Below are positions 1 to 8,073 of a stretch of 46,560 nt of DNA, piece by piece. The notes under the pieces were generated by a model, which was not told the origin of the DNA, did no database searches, and saw nothing but the letters and a program-made list of their open reading frames with translations. Position 1 is the first letter of the stretch, and every line of letters begins with the position of its first letter. Where the stretch lies: the sequence record SRR22947727_1365; one strand, given 5' to 3'. Both the position numbers and the translations under genes were made by a program.

Positions 1-83
1 TTTTTTTCTCTATATAGACAAATAATATGAGGATAAGTTGCCTTTCTGCCATATTGTATTGATGTTAAAATAGTCAGTGGATT

Positions 84-116
84 AGTTGGATCCTACCATA
101 TAATTTCGTATCTTAA
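84..116 (+). promoter_or_regulatory. Early/host-sigma promoter, AGTTG-N20-TATCTT (Bacteroidota -33/-7 type)
   Basis: AGTTG at 84-88, 20-nt spacer, TATCTTAA at 109-116; the same spacing recurs 7 times ahead of operons. Confidence 0.75.
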
Positions 117-211
117 GGTATAAAGATTAGAGAATAGGTCTTGCTTGCGGTTGGCAAAGTATGGATAAAGGCAGATAAGCCCATGCACCTCTTCTTATTT
201 AAATAAAGGTT

Positions 212-583
212 ATGACATATTCAGACAAGGTTAAGCAATCAAAGAAGGTATTGGATGCCATCAAGGCATTAAAGGACAATGAGGTATTAGAGGTTACCTA
301 TGGCAAAGGCTATAAAGGAGACCCTAATGTATATTCTATTAAGGCCTATAGTGGTACATATAAAGGAGAGATGTCTTATGCTATATGGAACAACTGGAGT
401 GGTATGAATATAGACTCTTTGACTAATACTCAGGCTAAGGCTTATACCTACGATATGATGTCCCAACGTACCACTTATAACTTCCCATTATATGAGATGG
501 AGATAGGTCTATCCATTCCGGAAGACAATCCATTAGAGAAGCTAGAAGGCTATATGGGTACAGAGAAGGGTGAGCTAGTATAG
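212..583 (+). CDS. Hypothetical early protein (123 aa)
   Basis: ORF after the promoter, with the AAATAAAGGTT-ATG initiation context shared with other early genes. Confidence 0.8.
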   Translation: MTYSDKVKQSKKVLDAIKALKDNEVLEVTYGKGYKGDPNVYSIKAYSGTYKGEMSYAIWNNWSGMNIDSLTNTQAKAYTYDMMSQRTTYNFPLYEMEIGLSIPEDNPLEKLEGYMGTEKGELV

Positions 584-629
584 GTAAAGCCTATAGTAGT
601 AATTTATACTGAGTATAGATAAGAGATAT

Positions 630-662
630 AGTTGGAAGTCTGCATTATATTTCGTATCTTTA
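630..662 (+). promoter_or_regulatory. Early/host-sigma promoter, AGTTG-N20-TATCTT
   Basis: AGTTG 630-634, TATCTTTA 655-662. Confidence 0.75.
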
Positions 663-682
663 TTATATAAAGAGAGATAGAT

Positions 683-889
683 ATGGACAAGTTAATTAGA
701 TATACCGGCCTTACAGTACTAACCCTATTGGTACTTAGCATAGGTGTAGCGGCCATACATGGCATTATCTGGATAGGAGTGAGAGGCTTAGGTCTAATGC
801 TCAACTACCCACTAGAGGCCTTTGCTATGACTTCGGTCCTAACTATCCTTATGTTGCTACCTTGGGACCGTAAACCTTCCGGAAGATAG
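683..889 (+). CDS. Small membrane protein with two hydrophobic segments (68 aa)
   Basis: Hydrophobic stretches LTVLTLLVLSIGVAAIHGIIWIGV and AFAMTSVLTILMLLPW; has its own promoter. Confidence 0.7.
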   Translation: MDKLIRYTGLTVLTLLVLSIGVAAIHGIIWIGVRGLGLMLNYPLEAFAMTSVLTILMLLPWDRKPSGR

Positions 890-1027
890 ATAGCAGGGTG
901 CCCTAACCTTGCCATAACACTGACGGTATAGTTCCCTTAGAGGTACGTAGGCGGCATGGCTGCGCCATACTAAGTCGCATATTTCTTATAATTTTTAGGT
1001 GTATAGGTAATATATATTTATATATTG

Positions 1028-1495
1028 TTATAATAGTGAGTTATTACCTTGTGGTACCGTCCATATGTTTAATGCTATTCGCGAGCCATTAGATACTTTC
1101 TCTACACCATGTAATATCTTACCGCCATTTAACACTATAGTATCTCCTTTATCCATCTCTATATATGTCTTCTTTTCTATAACGAATCTTCCTCCTGTAT
1201 AGCCATCATTGAGTGCTGAGATTATAGTATAGTTGCTAGCTTTAGCGTCTCTATGGTGGGCTAATCCTTCTCCAATATTATATTCGTTTATATTCATCCA
1301 CCTTTCATTGAATTTCCAGGGAACTAGGGGAGAAAAAAATTCCAAAATTTTCGTATATAAGGGACCTTTGTTTAAGGTATATGGATATGTATCCCATTCT
1401 CCTCTTACATCTTCATATCCTTCGTTCTTATATGTAGAGATAATCTCATCACATAGATCATTTGGTACGAAGTTCTTATATACTTTATATTCCAT
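1028..1495 (-). CDS. 2OG-Fe(II) oxygenase (prolyl-hydroxylase-like)
   Basis: HRD (HxD) motif, YTGGRF, distal LHGV and the 2OG-binding Arg in GSRIAL. Confidence 0.85.
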   Translation of the reverse strand: MEYKVYKNFVPNDLCDEIISTYKNEGYEDVRGEWDTYPYTLNKGPLYTKILEFFSPLVPWKFNERWMNINEYNIGEGLAHHRDAKASNYTIISALNDGYTGGRFVIEKKTYIEMDKGDTIVLNGGKILHGVEKVSNGSRIALNIWTVPQGNNSLL

Positions 1496-1629
1496 TATAA
1501 TGAGTGTTGTTTATACATGTATATATCATCTATAAGGTAATCTATCTTCTGTATTGCTTGAGGTAGGTTTACATTAGATGTATCTTCTCGTATCTCTTTT
1601 AACCTCTCTATTATCTCTGTACCTTTCAT
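1495..1629 (-). CDS. Small hypothetical protein (44 aa, MKGTEIIERLKEIRED...), not in the ORF track
   Basis: Translated by hand; fills the gap exactly, with ATGA and TAATG overlaps to its neighbours. Confidence 0.7.
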   Translation of the reverse strand: MKGTEIIERLKEIREDTSNVNLPQAIQKIDYLIDDIYMYKQHSL

Positions 1630-2312
1630 ATGTAGTATGTCCTTATGTAGCTTTGCCAATGTGGTTTCTCTTTAACATCGAACTCTTTATGAGTAATATA
1701 GGTATAATTCTTAGCTTCTGCATCTAACATATCTTTATCTATATGCTTTTTATCAGCCAATACAACCATACGTCCTTTCTCTGTCAGGTACTTACTAAAG
1801 TTACTTAGAACGTTTTTATGTAACTTCATATCTAAATCTAGCCATCTTCTCTTATGATTTTCTACTTGATCTTGTGTAAGTAAGTCAGCTTCATTCTTTT
1901 GAAACGATTCAAACTCTTCAATCTTAGTAAAAAACGGAGGACTAACCATTATTAAGTCTACTTTTGGACCGTTATAACTCTTAAATCCATCACTTAAGTG
2001 GAAAGTATAGTCAACATTATTGAATTTAGCAGTTTTTGCTAAGTCTATATTGACCGGTTCATGGATATCTCCAAAATGTACCTCTTTTATTCCTAAAGCA
2101 TGCGCGATTCCCCAACCTATAAAGCCCGGTCCCGAACAAATCTCTAAAATACTCCGACATTCTCGGTGTTGATCAAGGAAATCTTCGTGATTATACACGG
2201 CATCCCAAAATAATGCACCACATCCATCGTTATATTGCTTGTATAACACAGTAAAATCGCAGTCCATGAGGTTTTGCCCTATACAGTACCTCTGCCACTC
2301 TTCTAAATTCAC
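1626..2312 (-). CDS. Class I SAM-dependent methyltransferase (HemK/MTS-like)
   Basis: Motif I LEICSGPGFIG, acidic GDI, SDGF, and NPPY-like SPPF. Confidence 0.8.
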   Translation of the reverse strand: MNLEEWQRYCIGQNLMDCDFTVLYKQYNDGCGALFWDAVYNHEDFLDQHRECRSILEICSGPGFIGWGIAHALGIKEVHFGDIHEPVNIDLAKTAKFNNVDYTFHLSDGFKSYNGPKVDLIMVSPPFFTKIEEFESFQKNEADLLTQDQVENHKRRWLDLDMKLHKNVLSNFSKYLTEKGRMVVLADKKHIDKDMLDAEAKNYTYITHKEFDVKEKPHWQSYIRTYYI

Positions 2313-2404
2313 ATTATCCAGTTAAAGAACGAAGACCAAATTAAATAAGTGACAATTCCTATCACTATATAAGATATCAACGCTGCCCAGTTAAATTTTT
2401 TCAC
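2309..2404 (-). CDS. Small single-TM protein (31 aa, MKKFNWAALISYIVIGIVTYLIWSSFFNWIM), not in the ORF track
   Basis: Translated by hand; GTG start, GTGA overlap with the methyltransferase start. Confidence 0.55.
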   Translation of the reverse strand: MKKFNWAALISYIVIGIVTYLIWSSFFNWIM

Positions 2405-2567
2405 TGTTTTTTTGTTTTTCAAGCATTACTTCCGTATAAGCCCTATCATATACGTCGTTTATCTGCATTTTCGGTTTGATTTTCCTTATTTCACCTACTT
2501 TATTAAGAACTTCCCTACGAACTCCTAACTTTTCTGCTTCAAATAAAAGATCTTCTAACCTACTCAT
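2391..2567 (-). CDS. Small hypothetical protein (58 aa, MSRLEDLLFEAEKLG...), not in the ORF track
   Basis: Translated by hand; ATG lies directly after a minus-strand promoter motif. Confidence 0.7.
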   Translation of the reverse strand: MSRLEDLLFEAEKLGVRREVLNKVGEIRKIKPKMQINDVYDRAYTEVMLEKQKNSEKI

Positions 2568-2570
2568 ATA

Positions 2571-2603
2571 CCAATATAAGAACTTTAGTGGTGAGAAACA
2601 ACT
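2571..2603 (-). promoter_or_regulatory. Early/host-sigma promoter for the minus-strand operon
   Basis: On the minus strand: AGTTG-N20-TATATTGG. Confidence 0.65.
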
Positions 2604-2648
2604 TTAAGCCGTAAATTTATTATTTATTTTTCTACGGGTTATAACTTG

Positions 2649-2660
2649 TATTTATAAATA
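2649..2660 (+). promoter_or_regulatory. Late promoter motif TATTTATA (within the palindrome TATTTATAAATA)
   Basis: Motif directly upstream of ATG 2662; recurs before other late blocks. Confidence 0.55.
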
Positions 2661-2661
2661 T

Positions 2662-3099
2662 ATGCAACCACTAGATAAAGAAACTTTATTCTCTATCTTC
2701 GAGCAAGGAGATGAAGAGATCTACCAAGAACATAAGATAACGGGAGTTATGAATAATCCGTATGTACTTATGGGAATGGTAATAAGAGGAATGGAGAATT
2801 GGCATCTAATGGACATAATGTACAAAAGATCGTATAAGGAACAGTATGAAAGAGTAAGAGATGTTATCAGAGTAAAGTATATGACTAGGTTAGTAGGTTA
2901 TCTAGATAAAATTGACCCTACGAAGTTTGAAACTGTTTATACTATAGGAGATTCCTATGATAGCAAAACTGTTATGAGTGTATTAAATGAACTTATATAC
3001 TTTTTCGAATCTAAGGAGATGTATGAAAAGTGTGCTACTATAAAAACGTATATAGACTTACTTTCTCATAAAATAATTGAAAAAGAGTTACTAAGATAG
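2662..3099 (+). CDS. Hypothetical protein with UVR-like C-terminal helical hairpin
   Basis: 145-aa ORF; EMYEKCATIK resembles the UvrB/C motif. Confidence 0.7.
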   Translation: MQPLDKETLFSIFEQGDEEIYQEHKITGVMNNPYVLMGMVIRGMENWHLMDIMYKRSYKEQYERVRDVIRVKYMTRLVGYLDKIDPTKFETVYTIGDSYDSKTVMSVLNELIYFFESKEMYEKCATIKTYIDLLSHKIIEKELLR

Positions 3100-3130
3100 T
3101 TGCCTAGGAACTTAATTATTCGTATCTTTA
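3098..3130 (+). promoter_or_regulatory. Early/host-sigma promoter, AGTTG-N20-TATCTT
   Basis: AGTTG 3098-3102, TATCTTTA 3123-3130. Confidence 0.75.
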
Positions 3131-3155
3131 AGTATAAGATAAAGAAATAAAGGTT

Positions 3156-3554
3156 ATGGCAGATTCAAATTCAAACATTCATTCAATCAACAATCAAGAG
3201 CAATTCGAAGATACCCTTATGTGGGTTTCGGATTTATACAAAGACGTTAATGGTTTTAGACCTAGAGGTTATAACTTCCATAAATGGACTTTTCAAGAAT
3301 TAGCTGATTTCGTTACTGATCTTATGGCTTTAAGTGCTGAACAGGCAGAGGAAGAGAGGGTATACGTTAATAAAGCTATAGATGATGTGGTATCAGTAGG
3401 AGCTGGTGATAAAGAAACGGCATTAAGATGGTTAGATCAAGCTGATGCTTACTTCATGTATGGAGATGATGAGTTCTATGAAGATAGTATAGAGAAGTAT
3501 GGATGGGTAGCTAGCCATATGGAGAAGAATACTAATTTAAAATCTGTAGCGTAA
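3156..3554 (+). CDS. Hypothetical acidic early protein
   Basis: 132-aa ORF, AAATAAAGGTT-ATG start, SDLYKDVNGFRPRG motif. Confidence 0.8.
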   Translation: MADSNSNIHSINNQEQFEDTLMWVSDLYKDVNGFRPRGYNFHKWTFQELADFVTDLMALSAEQAEEERVYVNKAIDDVVSVGAGDKETALRWLDQADAYFMYGDDEFYEDSIEKYGWVASHMEKNTNLKSVA

Positions 3555-4039
3555 TGAGTATAGGAAGAATAACAGTAGAAGAAGCTGAAGGTCTAATCAA
3601 AATCACTAACGACCTAGACAATGCTAAGTACTTTACAATAACACCATCTATAGATCCTCAGAAAGCATCCGAAGGATGGGAATCAGTAACTTACTATAGT
3701 GATAAGAAACGTACGTACCAGATACCGACTAACGTTCCAAACGCTCAATGGGTATATGTACTTTCTAATCCTTCAATGCCCGGTATGGTAAAGATAGGCT
3801 ATACTAATGGAGACCCGGACGGGAGAGTAAAGGAGATAAACAGAGCAACAGGTATCCCGACGGATTTCGTTGTAGAGTATGCCTTACCTTGTGTTAATGG
3901 TTACGAAGTAGAGCAATTAGTACACGAAGCATTAGACGATGTACGAGTAAACAATAGAAAAGAGTTTTTTAATATTAATGTCGAAGAAGCTAAACACTTA
4001 TTAGACGAAATTGGTCAACCATATGTTATACATAACTAA
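3554..4039 (+). CDS. T5orf172-family (GIY-YIG-like) protein
   Basis: WVYVLSN...VKIGYT...RVKEIN.ATG.PT.F...E..VH..L...R...RKEFF signature. Confidence 0.85.
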   Translation: MSIGRITVEEAEGLIKITNDLDNAKYFTITPSIDPQKASEGWESVTYYSDKKRTYQIPTNVPNAQWVYVLSNPSMPGMVKIGYTNGDPDGRVKEINRATGIPTDFVVEYALPCVNGYEVEQLVHEALDDVRVNNRKEFFNINVEEAKHLLDEIGQPYVIHN

Positions 4040-4673
4040 ATCGCGGTGCAACTTGCGCGCGTTTCGCGCGGCGGCTTCGCTTATTTTACTATCCGCCCTT
4101 TATTCTTGCCAACCTCAAGATGAGAGCCTTATTCTTTTTGGTACTCCGTGTGAGACGGGCTATTGTGAGGCTTATATTATATCTCCTACTAATGCTGATG
4201 AAAATGGATATATTCGTACCGAGTTAGATTGGACGGGAGAATATTGGCCTTATTTTACTATAGATGTAGAAGCAGATAGAACAGCAGATTTATTTAAGTA
4301 TAATGGTGAGTCGGTAGTTCAAGCTCAATTTGATACCGATTCATATTTTATACTCAGTGACTCCCTTAATGTAACTATCAACCTATACAATCCATGGCAA
4401 GGCTTAGAAACATGGGGAGGATACCCTATACCCGTTAGAGACACGATTGTAACACTAAGTCAATTCGAAGGGTATATAGTCCCAGTAGTTCAAAATACTA
4501 ATATATACTTTTCCGATGATGAAGTAGGTAGATTTACTACTAGACGTGTTGTTGGTCCTTTTCCTCCTACTATGATTGGTGATACAATATCGATTTATAT
4601 GAAGGTAAAATGGGACTTAGGCAGTGAAATACTAGTGAAGGATAACTTTATTCAAAAATTTATCATAGAATAG
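4011..4673 (+). CDS. Putative lipoprotein (true start may be ATG 4023)
   Basis: Basic N-region, hydrophobic ASLILLSALYS followed by Cys; acidic beta-rich body. Confidence 0.65.
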   Translation: MVNHMLYITKSRCNLRAFRAAASLILLSALYSCQPQDESLILFGTPCETGYCEAYIISPTNADENGYIRTELDWTGEYWPYFTIDVEADRTADLFKYNGESVVQAQFDTDSYFILSDSLNVTINLYNPWQGLETWGGYPIPVRDTIVTLSQFEGYIVPVVQNTNIYFSDDEVGRFTTRRVVGPFPPTMIGDTISIYMKVKWDLGSEILVKDNFIQKFIIE

Positions 4674-4704
4674 TTGCCTTTCCGAATTTTTTTTAATATC
4701 TTCG
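4672..4704 (+). promoter_or_regulatory. Early/host-sigma promoter, AGTTG-N20-TATCTT
   Basis: AGTTG 4672-4676, TATCTTCG 4697-4704. Confidence 0.65.
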
Positions 4705-4705
4705 A

Positions 4706-4816
4706 TATATGTTAATAAGATATATTAAATAAGTAATAAGATAAATATAATATAATAATTTATATATAAATATATAATTAATAATAATAATAAAATAAAT
4801 AATACTAATTTAAAAA
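4706..4816. other. Extremely AT-rich intergenic tract
   Basis: About 110 nt with only a handful of G/C; TAA/ATA iterations. Confidence 0.8.
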
Positions 4817-4824
4817 GGTTATCT

Positions 4825-5556
4825 ATGTTAGAAGCAGAACAAATTTCCAAAAATTACGAGAAACACTTAAAGATTATCGATACCTATATAGGAGATCGTA
4901 AAGATTCTATATTAGCAATGCTTAAACATATGGAAGAAACCTATATTATGGCTCCTGCTAGTGGAAAAACATGGTATCATAATGCTTTTGCTGGAGGATA
5001 TGTAGATCATGTGAATAGGGTAGTACAATATGCTGTTGAACAATCGAGATTGTACGAGAAAATGGGTGGTACATTAGACTACACCGAAGAGCAACTAGTC
5101 TTCTCTGCCCTATTCCATGACTTAGGTAAAATGGGAGATGGAGATAGACCTAATTATATACCTCAGACCGATAAATGGAGACAAGATAAGCTTTCAGAGA
5201 TGTATACATATAATCCAGACTTAGACTTTATGCTTATTCCAGATAGATCTTTATTTATACTCCAAAAATTCGGAGTTAAGGTAGATCAGAAAGAGTTTTT
5301 AGGTATAAGATGTCATGATGGAGTGTTTGATAAAGCTAATGAAGCCTACTTCTTCAGTAACGTTGAATCATCTAGACAAAAAACAGCTCTTATATCAGTA
5401 CTTCACAGTGCAGACTTCTTAGCCTCTAAGGTTGAGTACGATATGTGGAAAGCAAAAGGAGGTAGTTCTACTCCTAAGATTAAAAAGACTGCAGCATCAA
5501 CAGGTCGCCCAGTAAAAGCATCAGAAGGACTATCTAATCTACTAAAAAATATATAA
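4825..5556 (+). CDS. HD-domain phosphohydrolase (YhaM-like HD domain)
   Basis: APAS..YHNAF.GG..DH, LFHDLGK, CHDG and LHSAD motifs. Confidence 0.85.
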   Translation: MLEAEQISKNYEKHLKIIDTYIGDRKDSILAMLKHMEETYIMAPASGKTWYHNAFAGGYVDHVNRVVQYAVEQSRLYEKMGGTLDYTEEQLVFSALFHDLGKMGDGDRPNYIPQTDKWRQDKLSEMYTYNPDLDFMLIPDRSLFILQKFGVKVDQKEFLGIRCHDGVFDKANEAYFFSNVESSRQKTALISVLHSADFLASKVEYDMWKAKGGSSTPKIKKTAASTGRPVKASEGLSNLLKNI

Positions 5557-5557
5557 T

Positions 5558-5878
5558 ATGAATTTTCATCCTACAACACTATATATAATTTCCGGAATAT
5601 TAGTTGCTATTGTGACTATTTTATCGTATCTTATTAGAAACTTATTGGTTAAGTTAGAAAAATATGAAGACATTACCGAAGACCAAGCAGGTTATTTACA
5701 AAATATATCGACAGTTGTAGGTGAATCACAAAAGCACTTGCAGGATCTTGACGAAAAGGGGGTATTTCAAAGCGACGATGAGGTTGGTTATTTTTTTGAA
5801 CAAATGAAACTAGTACAAAAAGAACTAGACAGGTACATACTTCCAGATAATTATGGCAAGAAAGAAAAGCAAAGCTAA
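5558..5878 (+). CDS. Membrane-anchored coiled-coil protein
   Basis: N-terminal TM helix (LYIISGILVAIVTILSYLI) followed by a heptad-like region. Confidence 0.7.
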   Translation: MNFHPTTLYIISGILVAIVTILSYLIRNLLVKLEKYEDITEDQAGYLQNISTVVGESQKHLQDLDEKGVFQSDDEVGYFFEQMKLVQKELDRYILPDNYGKKEKQS

Positions 5879-6554
5879 TTACTTTACAAAGGAGACAGAA
5901 GAGTATATAGTTAAATATAATACATCGACTGATGTAGACTACAGAAATAAAATATTTACAGAACACATATATATTCCGTTTTATAAACTAGCGGAAAACA
6001 TAATACATACGTTCAAGTTCTACTATACTGACGTAGAAGCGATCGAGGATTTAAAACATGAGATCGTCTCTGTGCTATTAGAAGAAAAGATATCTAAATT
6101 CGATCCCACCAACGGAGCAAAGGCATATTCTTACTTTGGCACTATTGTAAAGCGATGGTTAATTAACTACACAAATAAAAACTATAAGAAACTTAAACAA
6201 GTAGGATCTTTCGACGATATGGAAGAGTCATACAACCCAAGTGACGGAAGAAAAGAAGGGTATGAGATACTCTTAAGCAACTTCATAGATATATGGGTAG
6301 CTGAAATGTATCAGGATATAGATATAAACTTTACAAAGGATACAGAAAAGAAGATTGCTGATGCTGTACTCACTATATTTAAAACTAGAAACGATATAGA
6401 CATCTTTAAAAAGAAAGCACTTTATATCTACATAAGAGAAATGACAGATTGTGAGACCCCTCATTTAACTAAAGTCATATCTACCCTCAAAGATCTATTT
6501 TACGACAAGTTTCAAGCTAAATATGACCTAGGACATTTCGATATAAATGTTTAA
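5853..6554 (+). CDS. Phage late-transcription sigma factor (T4 gp55-like)
   Basis: NYFT..., FYKLAENII..FKFY, EDL, KFDP.NG.KAYSYFGTIVKR resemble gp55/sigma region 2. Confidence 0.75.
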   Translation: MARKKSKANYFTKETEEYIVKYNTSTDVDYRNKIFTEHIYIPFYKLAENIIHTFKFYYTDVEAIEDLKHEIVSVLLEEKISKFDPTNGAKAYSYFGTIVKRWLINYTNKNYKKLKQVGSFDDMEESYNPSDGRKEGYEILLSNFIDIWVAEMYQDIDINFTKDTEKKIADAVLTIFKTRNDIDIFKKKALYIYIREMTDCETPHLTKVISTLKDLFYDKFQAKYDLGHFDINV

Positions 6555-6559
6555 CAGGA

Positions 6560-6567
6560 TATTTATA
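6560..6567 (+). promoter_or_regulatory. Late promoter motif TATTTATA
   Basis: Intergenic, 13 nt before ATG 6581. Confidence 0.65.
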
Positions 6568-6580
6568 TAAAAATATACTT

Positions 6581-6943
6581 ATGGCACTTGATAAAATAAT
6601 ATTTGGTGAGAAAACATTATCTGACCTTTTCGGTGAGATACATGACAATCAATCTCAAACCAAAGCACAGGTAAAAGCTCTCATAGGAGAACTTAAACCT
6701 CTTATAGAAAACATAGGGGATGCTACACTCATAGTTCCTATGATTAAAGAATACATGGAGATAGGTGTTAAGAACGACGACGCACTTATAAAAATGGCAG
6801 CAATTATACAACGAATTGAATCTGCACAAGCTAAAGGAGACTCAGGAGATATGTTCGACCCTGCTGAGTTAGCTGCTCTATTAGAGAATACTGAAGAGTT
6901 GAATGAAGAAGTAAACGATAAACCAGAACCAGATGCCATTTAA
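6581..6943 (+). CDS. Hypothetical helical protein
   Basis: 120-aa ORF heading the baseplate operon. Confidence 0.8.
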   Translation: MALDKIIFGEKTLSDLFGEIHDNQSQTKAQVKALIGELKPLIENIGDATLIVPMIKEYMEIGVKNDDALIKMAAIIQRIESAQAKGDSGDMFDPAELAALLENTEELNEEVNDKPEPDAI

Positions 6944-8072
6944 TGGAGGCTTAGAATCATACGTTAATAAAAGACCATCATCAGTCAACTCCGTAAAAGA
7001 GTCGTTTCCTGCTAGAGTGGTTGATATTATATTAGACGATGCTCATGAAGACTGGTCTACCTTTGGTGAAATAGAATCTCTTGGTGCTATTAGATTTAGA
7101 GTTATAGGTCAACAACAAGACGAAAGTGATCCTAAGTTGTTAGATATAGCATATCCAATGAACTCTAACTTTAAAAACTACCCTCTTCTTAACGAAATAG
7201 TAATAATTACTAGTGCACCGTCAATAGAAAAAGACGATAGTATAATAAACCATACTCGGTTCTTTTACACTACAGTGGTGAGTATCTGGAATAGCCCACA
7301 TCATAATGCATTCCCAGACATATACCAAAATCCTGGAGAACCTGATTTAGGTTACAATTTCGAAGATAAAGCAAATGTAGCTCCTATACAACCTGCTCAA
7401 GGGGATGTAATAATAGAAGGAAGACAAGGTCAGTCACTTCGATTTACAGGAACTGATTACGAAAAAAAGTTCGTTGAAACTAATGAACAGAAGCCAATAA
7501 CAATTATAAGTAACGGAAAAGCATCTGCAGATCCAGCAACACCGGTTGTTGAGAATATTGACGATGACCCCGCTTCTATCTACTTAGTAGAGGATCATAC
7601 AGTACTGCTAACTCAAGCAAATGACAAAAGAGATGCATGGGATAGTGAACCAGATACAGCTGATAGTTACCAAGGTTCACAGGTATTGATCAACTCCGGT
7701 AGGTTATTTTTTAACGCTAAAGAAGAAAGCATCTTATTTTCAGCAACAGAAGCTGTAGCCGGTAATGCTAATACAATAAGCTTTGACGGAGTAGACTATG
7801 TAGCACTCGATGCTACTAAGGTATATTTAGGGACAGAAGCATTCGGAGAAAGAGAACCCGTACTCTTAGGAGCTACCACACAGGATTGGATGAGACAATT
7901 ACTTTCTGAATTAGAAAGACTAGGTAAAGCATTAGCAGGAGTAGTACCAGCAGGATCCTCAGCAGGAGGACTAACACAGATTAAATCACACGGAGCATCA
8001 ATGGCATCACCTTTAGGTCAAATAAAGAAAGCTATTGACGATTTAGACTCCATTAAAGTCTTTACAGAGTAG
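6933..8072 (+). CDS. Baseplate hub/central spike protein (gp5/VgrG OB-fold-like)
   Basis: ARVVDI...AYP...YPLLNEIV OB-fold region, GDVIIEGRQGQSLRF, beta-repeat C-terminus; upstream of gp25/gp6-like genes. Confidence 0.65.
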   Translation: MPFNGGLESYVNKRPSSVNSVKESFPARVVDIILDDAHEDWSTFGEIESLGAIRFRVIGQQQDESDPKLLDIAYPMNSNFKNYPLLNEIVIITSAPSIEKDDSIINHTRFFYTTVVSIWNSPHHNAFPDIYQNPGEPDLGYNFEDKANVAPIQPAQGDVIIEGRQGQSLRFTGTDYEKKFVETNEQKPITIISNGKASADPATPVVENIDDDPASIYLVEDHTVLLTQANDKRDAWDSEPDTADSYQGSQVLINSGRLFFNAKEESILFSATEAVAGNANTISFDGVDYVALDATKVYLGTEAFGEREPVLLGATTQDWMRQLLSELERLGKALAGVVPAGSSAGGLTQIKSHGASMASPLGQIKKAIDDLDSIKVFTE

Positions 8073-8073
8073 T

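Noticed and set aside
604-1535. ORFs 604-804 (-) and 1233-1535 (+)
   Set aside because: Antisense to better-supported genes; 604-804 also runs across a promoter motif
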